From the NCBI GenBank assembly GCA_964520465.1, contig CAZFNA010000001.1:76597-136192 (forward strand): a stretch of 59,596 nt of DNA. The letters are read 5' to 3'. The translations under genes were made by a program, and so were the position numbers. The stretch comes from an uncultured Pseudomonadales bacterium. Its GTDB lineage: Bacteria > Pseudomonadota > Gammaproteobacteria > Pseudomonadales > Litorivicinaceae. Below the pieces are notes generated by a model. That model was not told the DNA's origin, made no database searches, and worked only from the letters and a program-made list of their open reading frames with translations. Numbering within the stretch: position 1 is the first letter of the stretch; each line of letters begins with the position of its first letter. Below are positions 39,700 through 50,566 of the stretch, one piece after another.

Positions 39700-39962
39700 C
39701 TAAAACTCTCCTTTTTACTTTCAAGAGGGCTACTTCCCAAATAATTTTAGACTTTAGCTCGTAATTATTAGACTCTTAAACAAGGGTCTCGCCGGGCCAA
39801 GGTCAAACTCAGAAAAGATAAGTATTGAATTAAGGCTAATGAGACATAAAAATCTACTCGTAGCCTAATTAATAATCTCCGCAAAGCGAAGCTGCGGCTT
39901 TACCTTGAACTATTCCAAGTGGATGGAAAACGTACTTTTAAGTATCGACTTAATATGGACTA

Positions 39963-40697
39963 TTATGGATGAATTACTTCGCCGTCCCAAGCAATCACCT
40001 CACCACTTCGCTCGGGTTCTAGCGCTTTCAGGATAGACCACAAGTATCCAGCTGATTGGTCGGGCCTAAACAAACGGTCAGCTGGTACTCCCGACTGAAA
40101 TGGTTTGGATAGATTGGTATCTACGGTTCCTGGGTGCAGCCCTACCACGATTGCTAAAGGATTCGTTCGTCTTAACTCTAAGCTTAGATTTTTCGTAAGC
40201 ATATTTTGGGCGGTCTTACTGGCTCGATAGCTATACCAGCCACCCAAACGATTATCTCCTATCGACCCAACTCGAGCCGAAAGAGTCGCAATGACTAGAG
40301 ACTCTCGATGCCTTATTAATTGATCCAAAGCGGCATACCATAAAAATGGGCCAAAGCAGTTAATCGAAAAAACAGTTTCCATATTCGCTCGGTTGAGGTC
40401 CCTCAATTTTTTTTCTGGAAAAAGTCCCTTAGATTCTTCTTTCAAAATACCAGCGGTCGTCACGACAAGGTTTAGGGCTTTTGTATTTGACGCAACTTCC
40501 CGCGCAGCTGACTTAATTGACTTATCACTTTCCAAATCCAACTCAATTGGGATAACACAAGGATCAGTAAGTACAATTTGACTTGGATCTCTTGCTGTAA
40601 CAAAGACTTGTTGATAAAGACCAGACTGAATCACCTGATGCATCAATGCCTGCCCTATGCCACCCCCAACTCCCTGTATCAGTGCGGTTTGAATCAT
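39963..40697 (-). CDS. Short-chain dehydrogenase/reductase, C-factor (CsgA)-like
   Basis: QGVGGGIG, LSARVGSIGDNRLGGWYSYRASK, LHPGTVDT. Confidence 0.9.
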   Translation of the reverse strand: MIQTALIQGVGGGIGQALMHQVIQSGLYQQVFVTARDPSQIVLTDPCVIPIELDLESDKSIKSAAREVASNTKALNLVVTTAGILKEESKGLFPEKKLRDLNRANMETVFSINCFGPFLWYAALDQLIRHRESLVIATLSARVGSIGDNRLGGWYSYRASKTAQNMLTKNLSLELRRTNPLAIVVGLHPGTVDTNLSKPFQSGVPADRLFRPDQSAGYLWSILKALEPERSGEVIAWDGEVIHP

Positions 40698-40701
40698 ATA
40701 T

Positions 40702-41712
40702 TCACCATTTAAATAATTTAATACTTGCAGCCATGCCTACCAAACAAAATAAAACCAATACCAATAAATGAATTGAGATATCGGCAATGCCTGCATTGTC
40801 GAGCATCACTGCCCTCGCAGCCTCAAGTACGTGCGTCAAGGGCAGCGCCTGAGCAAAATATTGGACCCACTCAGGTGATCCGTCTAACGAAAACCAAACC
40901 TCCGATAATAAGAGCATTGGAAAGGTCACTGCGTTCAGTAACCCATTGGCAAACTCGTTACTTTCAGTACGACATGCGACTGCAAGCCCCATCGTGATCA
41001 TGGCAAGCCCACCCAATAATAAGATTAGAAGCAGCAAAAATACAGAGCCCACCATTTTATAATCCAAGATGAGATGCGTACCAAAAAAGACAATCGTACT
41101 GGCAGTCAGGGTAACCAACAATCGAGATAATACTTGTGCTGACAAGAACTCAAGTTTAGTGAGTGGCGTTGCCTTTAAGCGCCTTAGATAACCCGACTGA
41201 CGATATCGGACGACAACATAGCCAATACCCCATAGGGCGCTATACATCATGTTCATTCCAAGGATGCCAGGGACCACCCAGTCCACGTAACGGATGGCGT
41301 CTCCGTGGGCTTCGCTGCGCACTAATGAGCGGCTCTCAGTACTTTCAAGCAAAATTTCAAGAATAGCTCCTGAAGCTGAATTCCCATTAATCCAATATCT
41401 TACTTGGGACAGATCAGACTCTAAAACCAGATCCGTTTGCTGCCTGGCCAGGCGTTCTAGCGCCCTATCATGGTCGGAAAAAACAACCTCAACTCCCGGA
41501 AAATTAGTCAATTCAGGAAGCCCATCCTCATTTAAAGAAGTCACGGTAAATATAGCGCCCTGAGGAGCTGAAAATACTACGGCCAGCACCAACACAATCA
41601 AAACTGGAAATACTAGATTCCATCCAAAGCTGGCACGGTCTCGCATAAACTCAAGATTTCTGGCGACGAACACAGCCCTCATGCGCCGAACCGATTTAAT
41701 CAATTTACTCAT
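40702..41712 (-). CDS. ABC-2 type transporter permease
   Basis: RYVDWVVPGILGMNMM, GYLRRLKATPL, LPLTHVLEAAR. Confidence 0.88.
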   Translation of the reverse strand: MSKLIKSVRRMRAVFVARNLEFMRDRASFGWNLVFPVLIVLVLAVVFSAPQGAIFTVTSLNEDGLPELTNFPGVEVVFSDHDRALERLARQQTDLVLESDLSQVRYWINGNSASGAILEILLESTESRSLVRSEAHGDAIRYVDWVVPGILGMNMMYSALWGIGYVVVRYRQSGYLRRLKATPLTKLEFLSAQVLSRLLVTLTASTIVFFGTHLILDYKMVGSVFLLLLILLLGGLAMITMGLAVACRTESNEFANGLLNAVTFPMLLLSEVWFSLDGSPEWVQYFAQALPLTHVLEAARAVMLDNAGIADISIHLLVLVLFCLVGMAASIKLFKW

Positions 41713-42443
41713 TTAGTGACTTCCTGCGTTTTTAGCAGTTTTTCGCCTGTCAGCGACAAAAAGAGGGTGTCAAGATTATCCACGACAGCATCTGATATTA
41801 GATTTTTAGGCGTTCCAGATAATAAAGTCCGTCCATGCGAAAGGATCAGAAGTTCGTCACACAAAATCTCGGCCTCTTCCATGTAGTGTGTGGTTAAGAT
41901 CAATGTCCGTCCCTGATCTTTTAGCCCTGCTACAATTTTCCAAAGGTCGCGCCTAGATCTTGGATCTAAACCTGTTGTAGGTTCATCTAAAAATATAATT
42001 TCAGGGTTGTGCACTAGGGCAAGAGCCAATAATAGGCGTTGTCTTTGGCCGCCGGATAATCGTCTCGCATCACGATGTAGAAATTCAGATAAATTAAACT
42101 GGTCGATCAACCGATCCATGGGGATAGGATCATCATAAAAGCTTGAGAATAATTTTAGGTTATCATATGGGGTCAAAAAATCCTGCAGCGCTGTCGCTTG
42201 GAACTGAATGCCGACACGTTCTTGATAGTCAGCGGGTAAGACGTCGCCGCGAAAACTAATCAAGCCACCCGAAGGCTCTTCCATGCCCTCGAGCATCGCA
42301 AGTATTGTTGTTTTGCCTGCACCATTTGGACCTAACAGCCCAAAACATTGACCTTCCAAGATCTCAAAATCCACCCCATCAACGGCAACGACGTCGCCAT
42401 ATGATTTCTTTAAGGCTGAAACCGACAGGACCGCATCAGTCAT
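41709..42443 (-). CDS. ABC transporter ATP-binding protein
   Basis: Intact GPNGAGKTT, LSGGQ, FLDEPTTGLD, TTHYMEEA. ATG 42443 overlaps the IclR stop region. Confidence 0.93.
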   Translation of the reverse strand: MTDAVLSVSALKKSYGDVVAVDGVDFEILEGQCFGLLGPNGAGKTTILAMLEGMEEPSGGLISFRGDVLPADYQERVGIQFQATALQDFLTPYDNLKLFSSFYDDPIPMDRLIDQFNLSEFLHRDARRLSGGQRQRLLLALALVHNPEIIFLDEPTTGLDPRSRRDLWKIVAGLKDQGRTLILTTHYMEEAEILCDELLILSHGRTLLSGTPKNLISDAVVDNLDTLFLSLTGEKLLKTQEVTK

Positions 42444-43233
42444 ATTGGAGCCAATGGTCGGGGAGCTGACCTCCAACCAACTGCGTTCCGAGATTTCCGA
42501 TGGATGCGACAGTATCGCCGTGTTGCGCCAGAACTATTTCACTCAAACGGACGCTGGGGCCGCTTACACTCAAAGCACAAATGGGGTGGCCCAGCTCGTT
42601 AAATACTGGCGCTGCTACACATTGCATTCCTTGAACATGTTCTTCACGGTCAAAAGAGCACCCATCTTTGATAATGGTTTGAATCTCTCTGGCCAATGAA
42701 GTTTTCGAACGATGGGTTTTCTCAGTTAGCTCCTTAAATATCAGAACATCCATTAAATTATTTCGACTCTCAGCACTCAAAGCCGCCAGTAATGCCTTAC
42801 CTGCTCCTGAGGCATGTAACGGTGAGAGGCTTCCTAGCGGTGCCACCATCCGCATCATGTTCGAACTTTCGATTTGTGACACAAACAAAGCTTTAGCCCC
42901 AGATAAAATAGCTAAATTTACTGTTTCACCAGTTTTATCAGATAGTTCAATCATGAGAGGTCTAAGCTGAGCAACATAGTCTCTAGACTGCACAAATGCA
43001 TTGCCTATGCGAAATCCTCCGACACCAATTCGCCAGCGGCCCGTATCACTATCGACAGATAAAAAATCTTGCGCCTCTAATGTGGCAAGCAACCGATGGA
43101 CAGTAGATGGAGCTAGACTTGTGGCCTCCGCTATTTCAACCAATGTCAAACCAGAACGAGAGGATGAACAAACATTTAAAATCGACAAGCCTCGGATGAG
43201 CGTCTTAGACTGCCCGCGTATATCCTCAGACAT
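42436..43233 (-). CDS. IclR family transcriptional regulator
   Basis: HTH LAPSTVHRLL, TGETVNL, PLHASGAGKALL, CVAAPVF, ALSVSGP. Confidence 0.92.
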   Translation of the reverse strand: MSEDIRGQSKTLIRGLSILNVCSSSRSGLTLVEIAEATSLAPSTVHRLLATLEAQDFLSVDSDTGRWRIGVGGFRIGNAFVQSRDYVAQLRPLMIELSDKTGETVNLAILSGAKALFVSQIESSNMMRMVAPLGSLSPLHASGAGKALLAALSAESRNNLMDVLIFKELTEKTHRSKTSLAREIQTIIKDGCSFDREEHVQGMQCVAAPVFNELGHPICALSVSGPSVRLSEIVLAQHGDTVASIGNLGTQLVGGQLPDHWLQYD

Positions 43234-44992
43234 GAATTTTTCCTTTTAGTTTTAATTCGCAGTCGCGGATGATCATTGATAACTCAAGACCGTTAAACGA
43301 ATTCACCGACAAACTATACACACATTCCACCAAATCTCCTGGGCGCATTGGAGATGGCTGACCTGGTTCAATGGCTGAAAACCAGACTGCATTTATATCT
43401 AGACTATCCATGGTTAAGAGAAGGCTTAGATGCGTTCGATTTTGGCCGACCGGACGAGCTGAACGAACCTGGAACAGACCAGTAAATAGCGGTTGCTCAA
43501 AACCTCGTCCAAAAGGACCTAAAGCATCCATTTGTTGGATCCACTCAACAGATAGTTGTTCCGTTAATAACTCCCCATCGGTCACAAACCGGGGCCTCGG
43601 TCCAATATCTGCATACTTATCTCGATAGATACTTTGCAACGTACGAACAAATTCAGGCAACCTCGCTCGCTTCAATGTCATACCACAAGCCCCGACATGC
43701 CCCCCAAACCGAATTAATAAATCATCAGTCTGCGCCTTCACCTGATCGAGTATAGCTTTCGCATCCACTCCTGGAATCGATCGCATTGACCCCGTCAAGA
43801 TCTCCGGATCATTTCCACGGGTCAAAACAATCGATGCACGACCCTCAGCTTCCACCAAACGACTGGCTACAATTCCCTGTACCCCCGGATGACCTTCTTC
43901 CAGGACGACGCAAATCACTAGGCTACCCTGCAGATGCTGTCGTTGTGCGATCGGGATTGCTTGCATGACCATATCGCGCTCAATAATGCGACGCGTTTTA
44001 TTGTCTTGATCAAGGTCCATAAATGCGTCACTTGCTTCAGATACCGAAGAAGCAACTAAGAATTCAAATCCCCTGAGTGAATGACCGATCCGGCCTCGTG
44101 CATTAAGCCGGGGTGCCAATTGAAATGCTAACAGTTCTGCTGTGATATCACTTGGAGATTTTGTTAACTGAGAAATGGCCACTTGCCAACAAGGTCTTTT
44201 CTGACGAGCTATGAGCGATAGTCCAGTCATGACAATTGCTCGATTAGTTTCGCTTGAACCCATGGAGACACAATCGGCTACCGTTCCCAACGCCACATAA
44301 TCGAGTAAATCGCCCAGTTTGGCCGTGGTTGCATGTAAAACATTCTGGTCAACTAGGACTTGTCGCAAGTGGCTCATTACCAGCCAGGATACCATGCATC
44401 CAGCAATCGCTTTATCAGGGTAAGGGCAGTCGATACGATTAGGATTCACTACAGCATGTGCACTCGCTGGAGGACCGGACTCAGAAACCTGGTGATGATC
44501 TGTTATAATGACATCTATCCCTGCTTGCGCTAGCCGAGCAATTTGCATTTCATCTGACGATCCGCAATCGGCTGAAATTACTACATCAAGCTGCAGAGGG
44601 TTTTGAAGCAAACGATCCACCAAAGGTTTCGAGATCCCATATCCATCTTCAAGACGATGACCGATCCAATGACTCAGACAATCTTTCGGCAATCCAAACC
44701 TCACGAGCGCATCATAAATCACGGCGTGACTGGTCAGTCCATCTGCATCATAGTCAGTCAACACACCTACCAGTTGCTGTTTTTTGATAGCCTCTGCTAA
44801 TCGCATCGCCGCTGCATCGATGTCTACTAGTTCAGATGGTGGAGCGATGTTCTGAAGCTGCGGGTCGAGAATTGAGTCAAGCTTTAAATCTCCCGAGACA
44901 CGCCCTGCAAGAATACGAGATAGGACTGGATCAAAACCCCGAGAGCGTGCCTCAGCAAACACCGAGGCAACGATAGGACGGATTTTATGCAC
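43226..44992 (-). CDS. recJ: Single-stranded-DNA-specific exonuclease RecJ
   Basis: DYDADG, DGYG, ITDHH, ALGTVAD, PRLNA, GSMRS, FGGH, GPFGRGF. Confidence 0.94.
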   Translation of the reverse strand: MHKIRPIVASVFAEARSRGFDPVLSRILAGRVSGDLKLDSILDPQLQNIAPPSELVDIDAAAMRLAEAIKKQQLVGVLTDYDADGLTSHAVIYDALVRFGLPKDCLSHWIGHRLEDGYGISKPLVDRLLQNPLQLDVVISADCGSSDEMQIARLAQAGIDVIITDHHQVSESGPPASAHAVVNPNRIDCPYPDKAIAGCMVSWLVMSHLRQVLVDQNVLHATTAKLGDLLDYVALGTVADCVSMGSSETNRAIVMTGLSLIARQKRPCWQVAISQLTKSPSDITAELLAFQLAPRLNARGRIGHSLRGFEFLVASSVSEASDAFMDLDQDNKTRRIIERDMVMQAIPIAQRQHLQGSLVICVVLEEGHPGVQGIVASRLVEAEGRASIVLTRGNDPEILTGSMRSIPGVDAKAILDQVKAQTDDLLIRFGGHVGACGMTLKRARLPEFVRTLQSIYRDKYADIGPRPRFVTDGELLTEQLSVEWIQQMDALGPFGRGFEQPLFTGLFQVRSARPVGQNRTHLSLLLTMDSLDINAVWFSAIEPGQPSPMRPGDLVECVYSLSVNSFNGLELSMIIRDCELKLKGKIHV

Positions 44993-46371
44993 TACCTCAT
45001 CACAGATTGGATAAAGGATTTCACATCACCAAGATCATTCTCGACGATCGTGAATCGCTCTTCGCGAGAAAACAGATCCCTCATATCAGAGGGCAATGAC
45101 ACTTGGTCACATCCAGATTGTTGAACTGCCTCAGAAAACTTTGCAGGGTGAGCTGTTGCCACAACAACCTTCGTCATCCCCTTTGGCGTAACCTGCAAAG
45201 CGTCAACTCCAGTGGCTGTATGGGGATCAATTAACTCACCAGTTTCATTGAATACTCGAGCGATCGTATCGCAAGTGTGCTTATCATCAACAGCATGCGC
45301 TGAAAAAAGTTCACGTGCTCTATCAACCACCGATCGCTCAAGATGAACAGGTCCGGACTGGAACGACTGCATCACTTCAGCAATTTTCTGGCCATTCCTA
45401 TCATGCAAGTCGAATAGTAACCGCTCAAAATTAGAACTCACCACGATATCCATAGATGGGGATAGTGTCTTTGCTAGCGGTTGCCTCGATAGGTCGCCTG
45501 CCAGTCCTCGTACCAAAGCGTCATTGGCATTTGTTGCCACGGTAAAGTGCGCGATCGGGAACCCCATCTGTTTGGCCATATATCCACCGAATACATCACC
45601 AAAATTTGCCGAGGGAACGCTGTATGCGATCTCATGATCCAAAGCACCGAGTCTTAATCCAGAATAAATGTAATAGACCGACTGCGCCATGATGCGGGCA
45701 AGATTAATTGAATTTACAGCGAGCAAACGGCTGGGGTTTACAAATGACTGCTCCATGAATGATGACTTCACTATAGCCTGACAGTCATCAAAATTCCCTC
45801 TGACTGCAATATTATGCACGTTATCGGCTAACACTGTTGTCATTTGACGTCGCTGAACTTCACTGACTCGCTCGTGTGGATGCAGAATTATTACATCAAG
45901 ATGATCTGAATGACGAGCACCCTCGATTGCAGCAGAGCCAGTATCACCTGAGGTCGCCCCCATCACAACGCCACGCTCGCCACGCTCAGCTAAAAAATGA
46001 TCAAGCAGACGTCCGAGTAGCTGAAGCGCGAAATCTTTAAATGACAAAGTTGGTCCGTGAAAAAGCTCTAAGAGCCAAGTGTCATGAGTTAATTGCTTGG
46101 TGGGTGCAATACATGAATGTCGAAATGTGGCATAAGCATCTCTGACCATAGTTTCAAAAGTGGTTCGACGCATTGTCCCTTCGACGAAAGGCCACATCAC
46201 TTCTATCGCCAAGTCGTCATAAGCTAACTTTTGCCATTGTCTGAAGGTCGCTCTAGGGATCGTTGGCAAAGATTCTGGGACATAGAGACCACCATCAGAG
46301 GCTAGCCCCGTCAGTACAACCTCATCAAACCCAAGAGTTGGCGCGCTTCCCCGCGTTGAAATAAATTTCAT
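44992..46371 (-). CDS. thrC: Threonine synthase
   Basis: ELFHGPTLSFKDFALQ, GATSGDTGSAA, TAHPAKF. Confidence 0.96.
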   Translation of the reverse strand: MKFISTRGSAPTLGFDEVVLTGLASDGGLYVPESLPTIPRATFRQWQKLAYDDLAIEVMWPFVEGTMRRTTFETMVRDAYATFRHSCIAPTKQLTHDTWLLELFHGPTLSFKDFALQLLGRLLDHFLAERGERGVVMGATSGDTGSAAIEGARHSDHLDVIILHPHERVSEVQRRQMTTVLADNVHNIAVRGNFDDCQAIVKSSFMEQSFVNPSRLLAVNSINLARIMAQSVYYIYSGLRLGALDHEIAYSVPSANFGDVFGGYMAKQMGFPIAHFTVATNANDALVRGLAGDLSRQPLAKTLSPSMDIVVSSNFERLLFDLHDRNGQKIAEVMQSFQSGPVHLERSVVDRARELFSAHAVDDKHTCDTIARVFNETGELIDPHTATGVDALQVTPKGMTKVVVATAHPAKFSEAVQQSGCDQVSLPSDMRDLFSREERFTIVENDLGDVKSFIQSVMR

Positions 46372-47681
46372 TCCACGCTCCCGCCAAGGGTTTCACAACG
46401 AATCACAACCGGACTAGCATCGACGAAGTTTCGGGCTTCAATCTTGCTGAGCGCCGATCGCATATCTTTCTCCCTTACAGAATGTGTCAACAAAATTAAT
46501 GCAACCGGTTCACCCACAACCCCATCTTTCTGAATAACACTTTCTAAAGACACAGCATGATCGGCCAGTATTCTTGTTATCTGTGCCAAGACACCAACCT
46601 CATCGCGAACAGATAAACGAATGTAAAACGGACAAACGGTCTCATCAATTTGCAAGATCGGTAGCTCATTTAAATGCGCCGGATGAAATGCCAGGTGAGG
46701 CACTCGAGTAGTTGGGTCACTAGTCAGTACGCGAGACACGTCGATGAGATCAGCCACAACAGCACTAGCCGTTGGTAGGGACCCTGCACCAGCCCCGTAG
46801 TGTAATGTTGATCCAACTGCATCACCATGAATTTGCACGGCATTCATCACACCATTTACATTTGCAAGTAACTCTGATTCCGGGATCAGGGCAGGGTGCA
46901 CACGCATTTCGATACCCTGACTAGTCCGGCGGGCGATTCCTAGATGCTTAACACGATAGCCAAGCTCCTCCGCAAAATCTAAGTCAACTAAATCAATCGC
47001 CGAAATCCCTTGTTTATAAACGCCATCAAAATTCAATGGGATGCCAAATGCGATTGACGCCAGAATACACAGCTTGTGCGCCGCATCAATACCCTCCACG
47101 TCAAAGGTTGGATCAGCTTCTGCGTATCCAAGCGACTGGGCTTCGGCTAACACATCAGGAAAAGTGCGAGCCCTATCTCGCATTTCCGTTAGTATAAAAT
47201 TTCCAGTTCCATTAATGATGCCAGCGAGCCAAAAAATCTGATTCGCAGCCAATCCTTCACGCAAAGCCTTAATGACAGGAATGCCACCAGCTACTGATGC
47301 TTCGAATGAAATAGTCACGCCTCTCGCCTGCGCTTTTTTAAACAAAGCATTGCCGTGCAATGCGATCAATGCCTTATTAGCAGTAATTACATGTTTCCCA
47401 GACTCAATCGCAGTTTCAATAAGGTCACGTGCGTAATCAGTCCCCCCAATCAACTCAACAAAAATATCGACTTCAGAATCAAGCGCAACTTTCATTAAAT
47501 CTCGGGAGACTCTGTATCCGGAGAGATCGACTCCGTCGCGGTCCCGACGAGCTCCAACATGCACAATCCGTATTTCTCTTCCTATGCGGCGGGCTAATTC
47601 ATCGCCATTACTTTTTAGTATGCTGAGCGTACCCTGAGCTACGGTACCAAGGCCAACAAGGCCGACAGAAATTGGTTTCAA
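46368..47681 (-). CDS. hom: Homoserine dehydrogenase (with C-terminal ACT domain)
   Basis: GLGTV, TANKALIA, FEASVAGGIP, GYAEADPTFDVEGIDAAHK. Confidence 0.96.
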   Translation of the reverse strand: MKPISVGLVGLGTVAQGTLSILKSNGDELARRIGREIRIVHVGARRDRDGVDLSGYRVSRDLMKVALDSEVDIFVELIGGTDYARDLIETAIESGKHVITANKALIALHGNALFKKAQARGVTISFEASVAGGIPVIKALREGLAANQIFWLAGIINGTGNFILTEMRDRARTFPDVLAEAQSLGYAEADPTFDVEGIDAAHKLCILASIAFGIPLNFDGVYKQGISAIDLVDLDFAEELGYRVKHLGIARRTSQGIEMRVHPALIPESELLANVNGVMNAVQIHGDAVGSTLHYGAGAGSLPTASAVVADLIDVSRVLTSDPTTRVPHLAFHPAHLNELPILQIDETVCPFYIRLSVRDEVGVLAQITRILADHAVSLESVIQKDGVVGEPVALILLTHSVREKDMRSALSKIEARNFVDASPVVIRCETLGGSVE

Positions 47682-47700
47682 CGGTCTGTCCTTAAAGTAT

Positions 47701-48891
47701 TCAAGTCAAATTAGAGTCAAACCGAAACAAGCGCTTGATATTTCGCAGCGCCTGCCGGGTGCGGTGTTCATTTTCAATTAATGCAAAGCGGACATGATCA
47801 TCGCCGAACTGTCCAAAACCTACACCTGGGCTAACCGCGATATTGGCGTCGCGAATTAGCTTTTTCGAAAACTCTAGCGACCCAAGAGCACGGTATTTTT
47901 CAGGTATCTTCGCCCAGACAAACATTGTCGCCTTAGGCCTCTCAACTGTCCAGCCCAGCGCATTTAAACCTTCACACAGCACGTCTCGACGCGACTGGTA
48001 CATATCACGGATTTCATGCACACAATTCTGATCACCTTCTAGCGCAGCTATAGCTGCTACTTGAATAGGTGTAAAGGTCCCATAATCTAAATAAGATTTA
48101 ATGCGTGCCAAAGCACCAATTAACTCAGGATTACCAGCCGCAAAGCCCACCCGCCAGCCGGGCATATTATAACTTTTCGACAACGAGAAGAATTCAACGG
48201 CGAGCTCTTTCGCATCCTTGACCTGCAGAATTGACGGCGCCACATAACCATCAAATACAATATCAGCATAAGCTAAATCCTGAACTACCCAGATGTTGTA
48301 CTCGCGCGCGATTTCAACCACTTTTTCAAAAAAATCTAATTCCACACACATTGCTGTGGGATTGGCGGGGAAATTCAGTACAAGCATTTTTGGCCTTGGC
48401 CAGGATGTTTCAATCGCCTTCACCAGCTCGCCAAAAAAATCCTCACCCGGAAGCAATGGCACGTGTCTAATATCAGCGCCTGCAATAACGAACCCATATG
48501 GATGTATTGGATAGGCAGGATTCGGCACTAGTACTGCATCGCCTGGTCCTAAGGTAGCTAATGCCAGGTGCGCCAACCCTTCTTTAGACCCAATCGTTGT
48601 AATGACTTCAGTTTCAGGATCAAGCTCAACGTCGTAGCGAGTGTTATACCAATTGGCCATCGCTCGCCGGAGCCGCGGAATTCCCTTGGATTGTGAGTAT
48701 CGATGCGTATCCTCGCGGTGAGCGGTCTCAACCAGTTTCTGAACAATGTGATCTGGTGTCGGCTGGTCCGGATTTCCCATCGAAAAATCAATGACATCCT
48801 CACCCGCCGCTCGCGCCTTTTGGCGCATTTCACCAATCACATTAAAGACATACGGAGGGAGTCGCTCAATACGAGGAAATTGTGTATCCAC
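47701..48891 (-). CDS. alaC: Alanine transaminase (class I/II aminotransferase)
   Basis: [39 protein letters not shown]. Confidence 0.9.
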   Translation of the reverse strand: MDTQFPRIERLPPYVFNVIGEMRQKARAAGEDVIDFSMGNPDQPTPDHIVQKLVETAHREDTHRYSQSKGIPRLRRAMANWYNTRYDVELDPETEVITTIGSKEGLAHLALATLGPGDAVLVPNPAYPIHPYGFVIAGADIRHVPLLPGEDFFGELVKAIETSWPRPKMLVLNFPANPTAMCVELDFFEKVVEIAREYNIWVVQDLAYADIVFDGYVAPSILQVKDAKELAVEFFSLSKSYNMPGWRVGFAAGNPELIGALARIKSYLDYGTFTPIQVAAIAALEGDQNCVHEIRDMYQSRRDVLCEGLNALGWTVERPKATMFVWAKIPEKYRALGSLEFSKKLIRDANIAVSPGVGFGQFGDDHVRFALIENEHRTRQALRNIKRLFRFDSNLT

Positions 48892-48930
48892 TGTTAATTC
48901 TCAGTCCGTTTACTAAAAACGAATTATAAC

Positions 48931-49644
48931 TTAAGACCCAAGCTGATTCATTCGCTTTAAGAGCTCTTGCCAGGGCATATAGCCCGGTTGCATATCGCCA
49001 TTTTCAAAAATGAGTGTTGGGGTTCCTGAAATACCAAGCTGCTGGCCGAGATCATACTGATCAGCGACTGGATTATCACAAGTCGCCGTTTCAGGAGTCT
49101 CGCCACTCTTCGCCAACGTCATCATGCTGTTTGGATCTTGTGCGCAATAAACCGAGACATACTTGTCATAGGAATCAGAACCCAATCCGGCTCTTGGGAA
49201 TGCGGCATATCGAATTTCAACACCGTGATCTAAAAGCTGATCAATTTCATCGTGTAACCGCCTGCAATATCCGCAATCAATATCCGTGAAAATAAGCAGT
49301 TGGTGCTTAACCTCTCCCTCGGGAGCGAACACGATAAGCTTTGAATCATCCAACTGTAGAAGCAAGGCTTGACGGTCCGTTCGCCGAACTTTATCGGTCA
49401 AGTTGGTAACACCCCCCAGCCCCACTTGATACAAATCACCAGCGACAAAGTGTGAACCTGTTTCACTAGTGTATAGCCGCTCCCCAGTCTCCAAAACGAC
49501 CTCAAAAAACGGCGTTCCACCAACAGGTTTTATTGAATCAATACGGATCGACGGGTTGATACCCAAGATTGTCTTTTTGATCTTAACTTCATCAGCGCTA
49601 ACAAACGCTGACACAAATACAATTGCCAAAACTAACCAGCGCAT
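48931..49644 (-). CDS. dsbC: Protein-disulfide isomerase DsbC
   Basis: Signal peptide, FTDIDCGYCRRLH, AFPRAG, GTPT; downstream of xerD. Confidence 0.93.
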   Translation of the reverse strand: MRWLVLAIVFVSAFVSADEVKIKKTILGINPSIRIDSIKPVGGTPFFEVVLETGERLYTSETGSHFVAGDLYQVGLGGVTNLTDKVRRTDRQALLLQLDDSKLIVFAPEGEVKHQLLIFTDIDCGYCRRLHDEIDQLLDHGVEIRYAAFPRAGLGSDSYDKYVSVYCAQDPNSMMTLAKSGETPETATCDNPVADQYDLGQQLGISGTPTLIFENGDMQPGYMPWQELLKRMNQLGS

Positions 49645-49678
49645 TTAATGACCTCTAACGTTTGGGTGATAGTGTAGC

Positions 49679-50566
49679 TCAAGCTCGCGGATGATGTGCA
49701 GCATGAAGCTGTTTTAACCGCTCCTTAGCAACATACGTATAAATCTGAGTCGTCGAAAGATCCTCATGACCCAGTAATAACTGAACAACTCTAAGATCAG
49801 CCCCATGGTTTACTAAATGTGTAGCAAAAGCGTGACGAAGTGTGTGTGGACTTAAACTTTCTTGTATGTCCGCTTTATCGGCAAGATGTTTCAACCTATG
49901 CCAGAACGTTTGTCGAGTCATTGGCCTCCCATGGCGGCCAGGAAATACAGCAGGCCCTCTAGGATCTGACAACTCGGGTCGGGCCTCCAAAAAGTATCGC
50001 TTCAACCAATCTCGAGCAGCATCGCCTAGCGGAACTAATCGTTCTTTGCCTCCCTTTCCTAAAACGCGAACTACACCTTGTTCCAAGCTGATGTTCGCGC
50101 GTTCGAGGTTACACAATTCACTAACCCGAAGACCTGAGGCATACAAAACCTCCAGCATAGTTCTGTCACGTAGGCCAATCAATGTGCCAGTATCTGACGC
50201 CTCAAGTAAGCCTACAACATCGTCTTCCGACAAGGTTTTGGGTAAAGGACGGCCTTTTGATGGTCGTTGAATGCGAGCCATTGGATCGTCAGTCCGATAA
50301 CCATGCCTAACCAAGTACTTAAAAAATCCATGAAGTGCTGAAAGCTTTCGCAGGATAGAGGTAATGCGGAGATTTTTAGAAAATAACTCGCTGATAAGCA
50401 GATTAATATCAGCACCACTCAAAGTGCAGAATGTTTGATCTATCGACCTTGCAAAACAATCCGCGCCTCTTAAATCGACTCGGTATGCACTTAATGTCGT
50501 TTCAGATAAACCCCGCTCTAAATAAAGAGCATCAAGGTACTGATCAATGTCTAAACAAGTCTTCAT
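49679..50566 (-). CDS. xerD: Site-specific tyrosine recombinase XerD
   Basis: LYASGLRVSEL, GKGGKERLVP, TRQTFWHR, SPHTLRHAFATHL, VQLLLGH..LSTTQIYT; upstream of dsbC. Confidence 0.95.
   Translation of the reverse strand: MKTCLDIDQYLDALYLERGLSETTLSAYRVDLRGADCFARSIDQTFCTLSGADINLLISELFSKNLRITSILRKLSALHGFFKYLVRHGYRTDDPMARIQRPSKGRPLPKTLSEDDVVGLLEASDTGTLIGLRDRTMLEVLYASGLRVSELCNLERANISLEQGVVRVLGKGGKERLVPLGDAARDWLKRYFLEARPELSDPRGPAVFPGRHGRPMTRQTFWHRLKHLADKADIQESLSPHTLRHAFATHLVNHGADLRVVQLLLGHEDLSTTQIYTYVAKERLKQLHAAHHPRA

Noticed and set aside
49679-50566. Tyrosine recombinase as a sign of a prophage or integrative element
   Set aside because: XerD-specific motifs and the conserved xerD-dsbC context show it is housekeeping.
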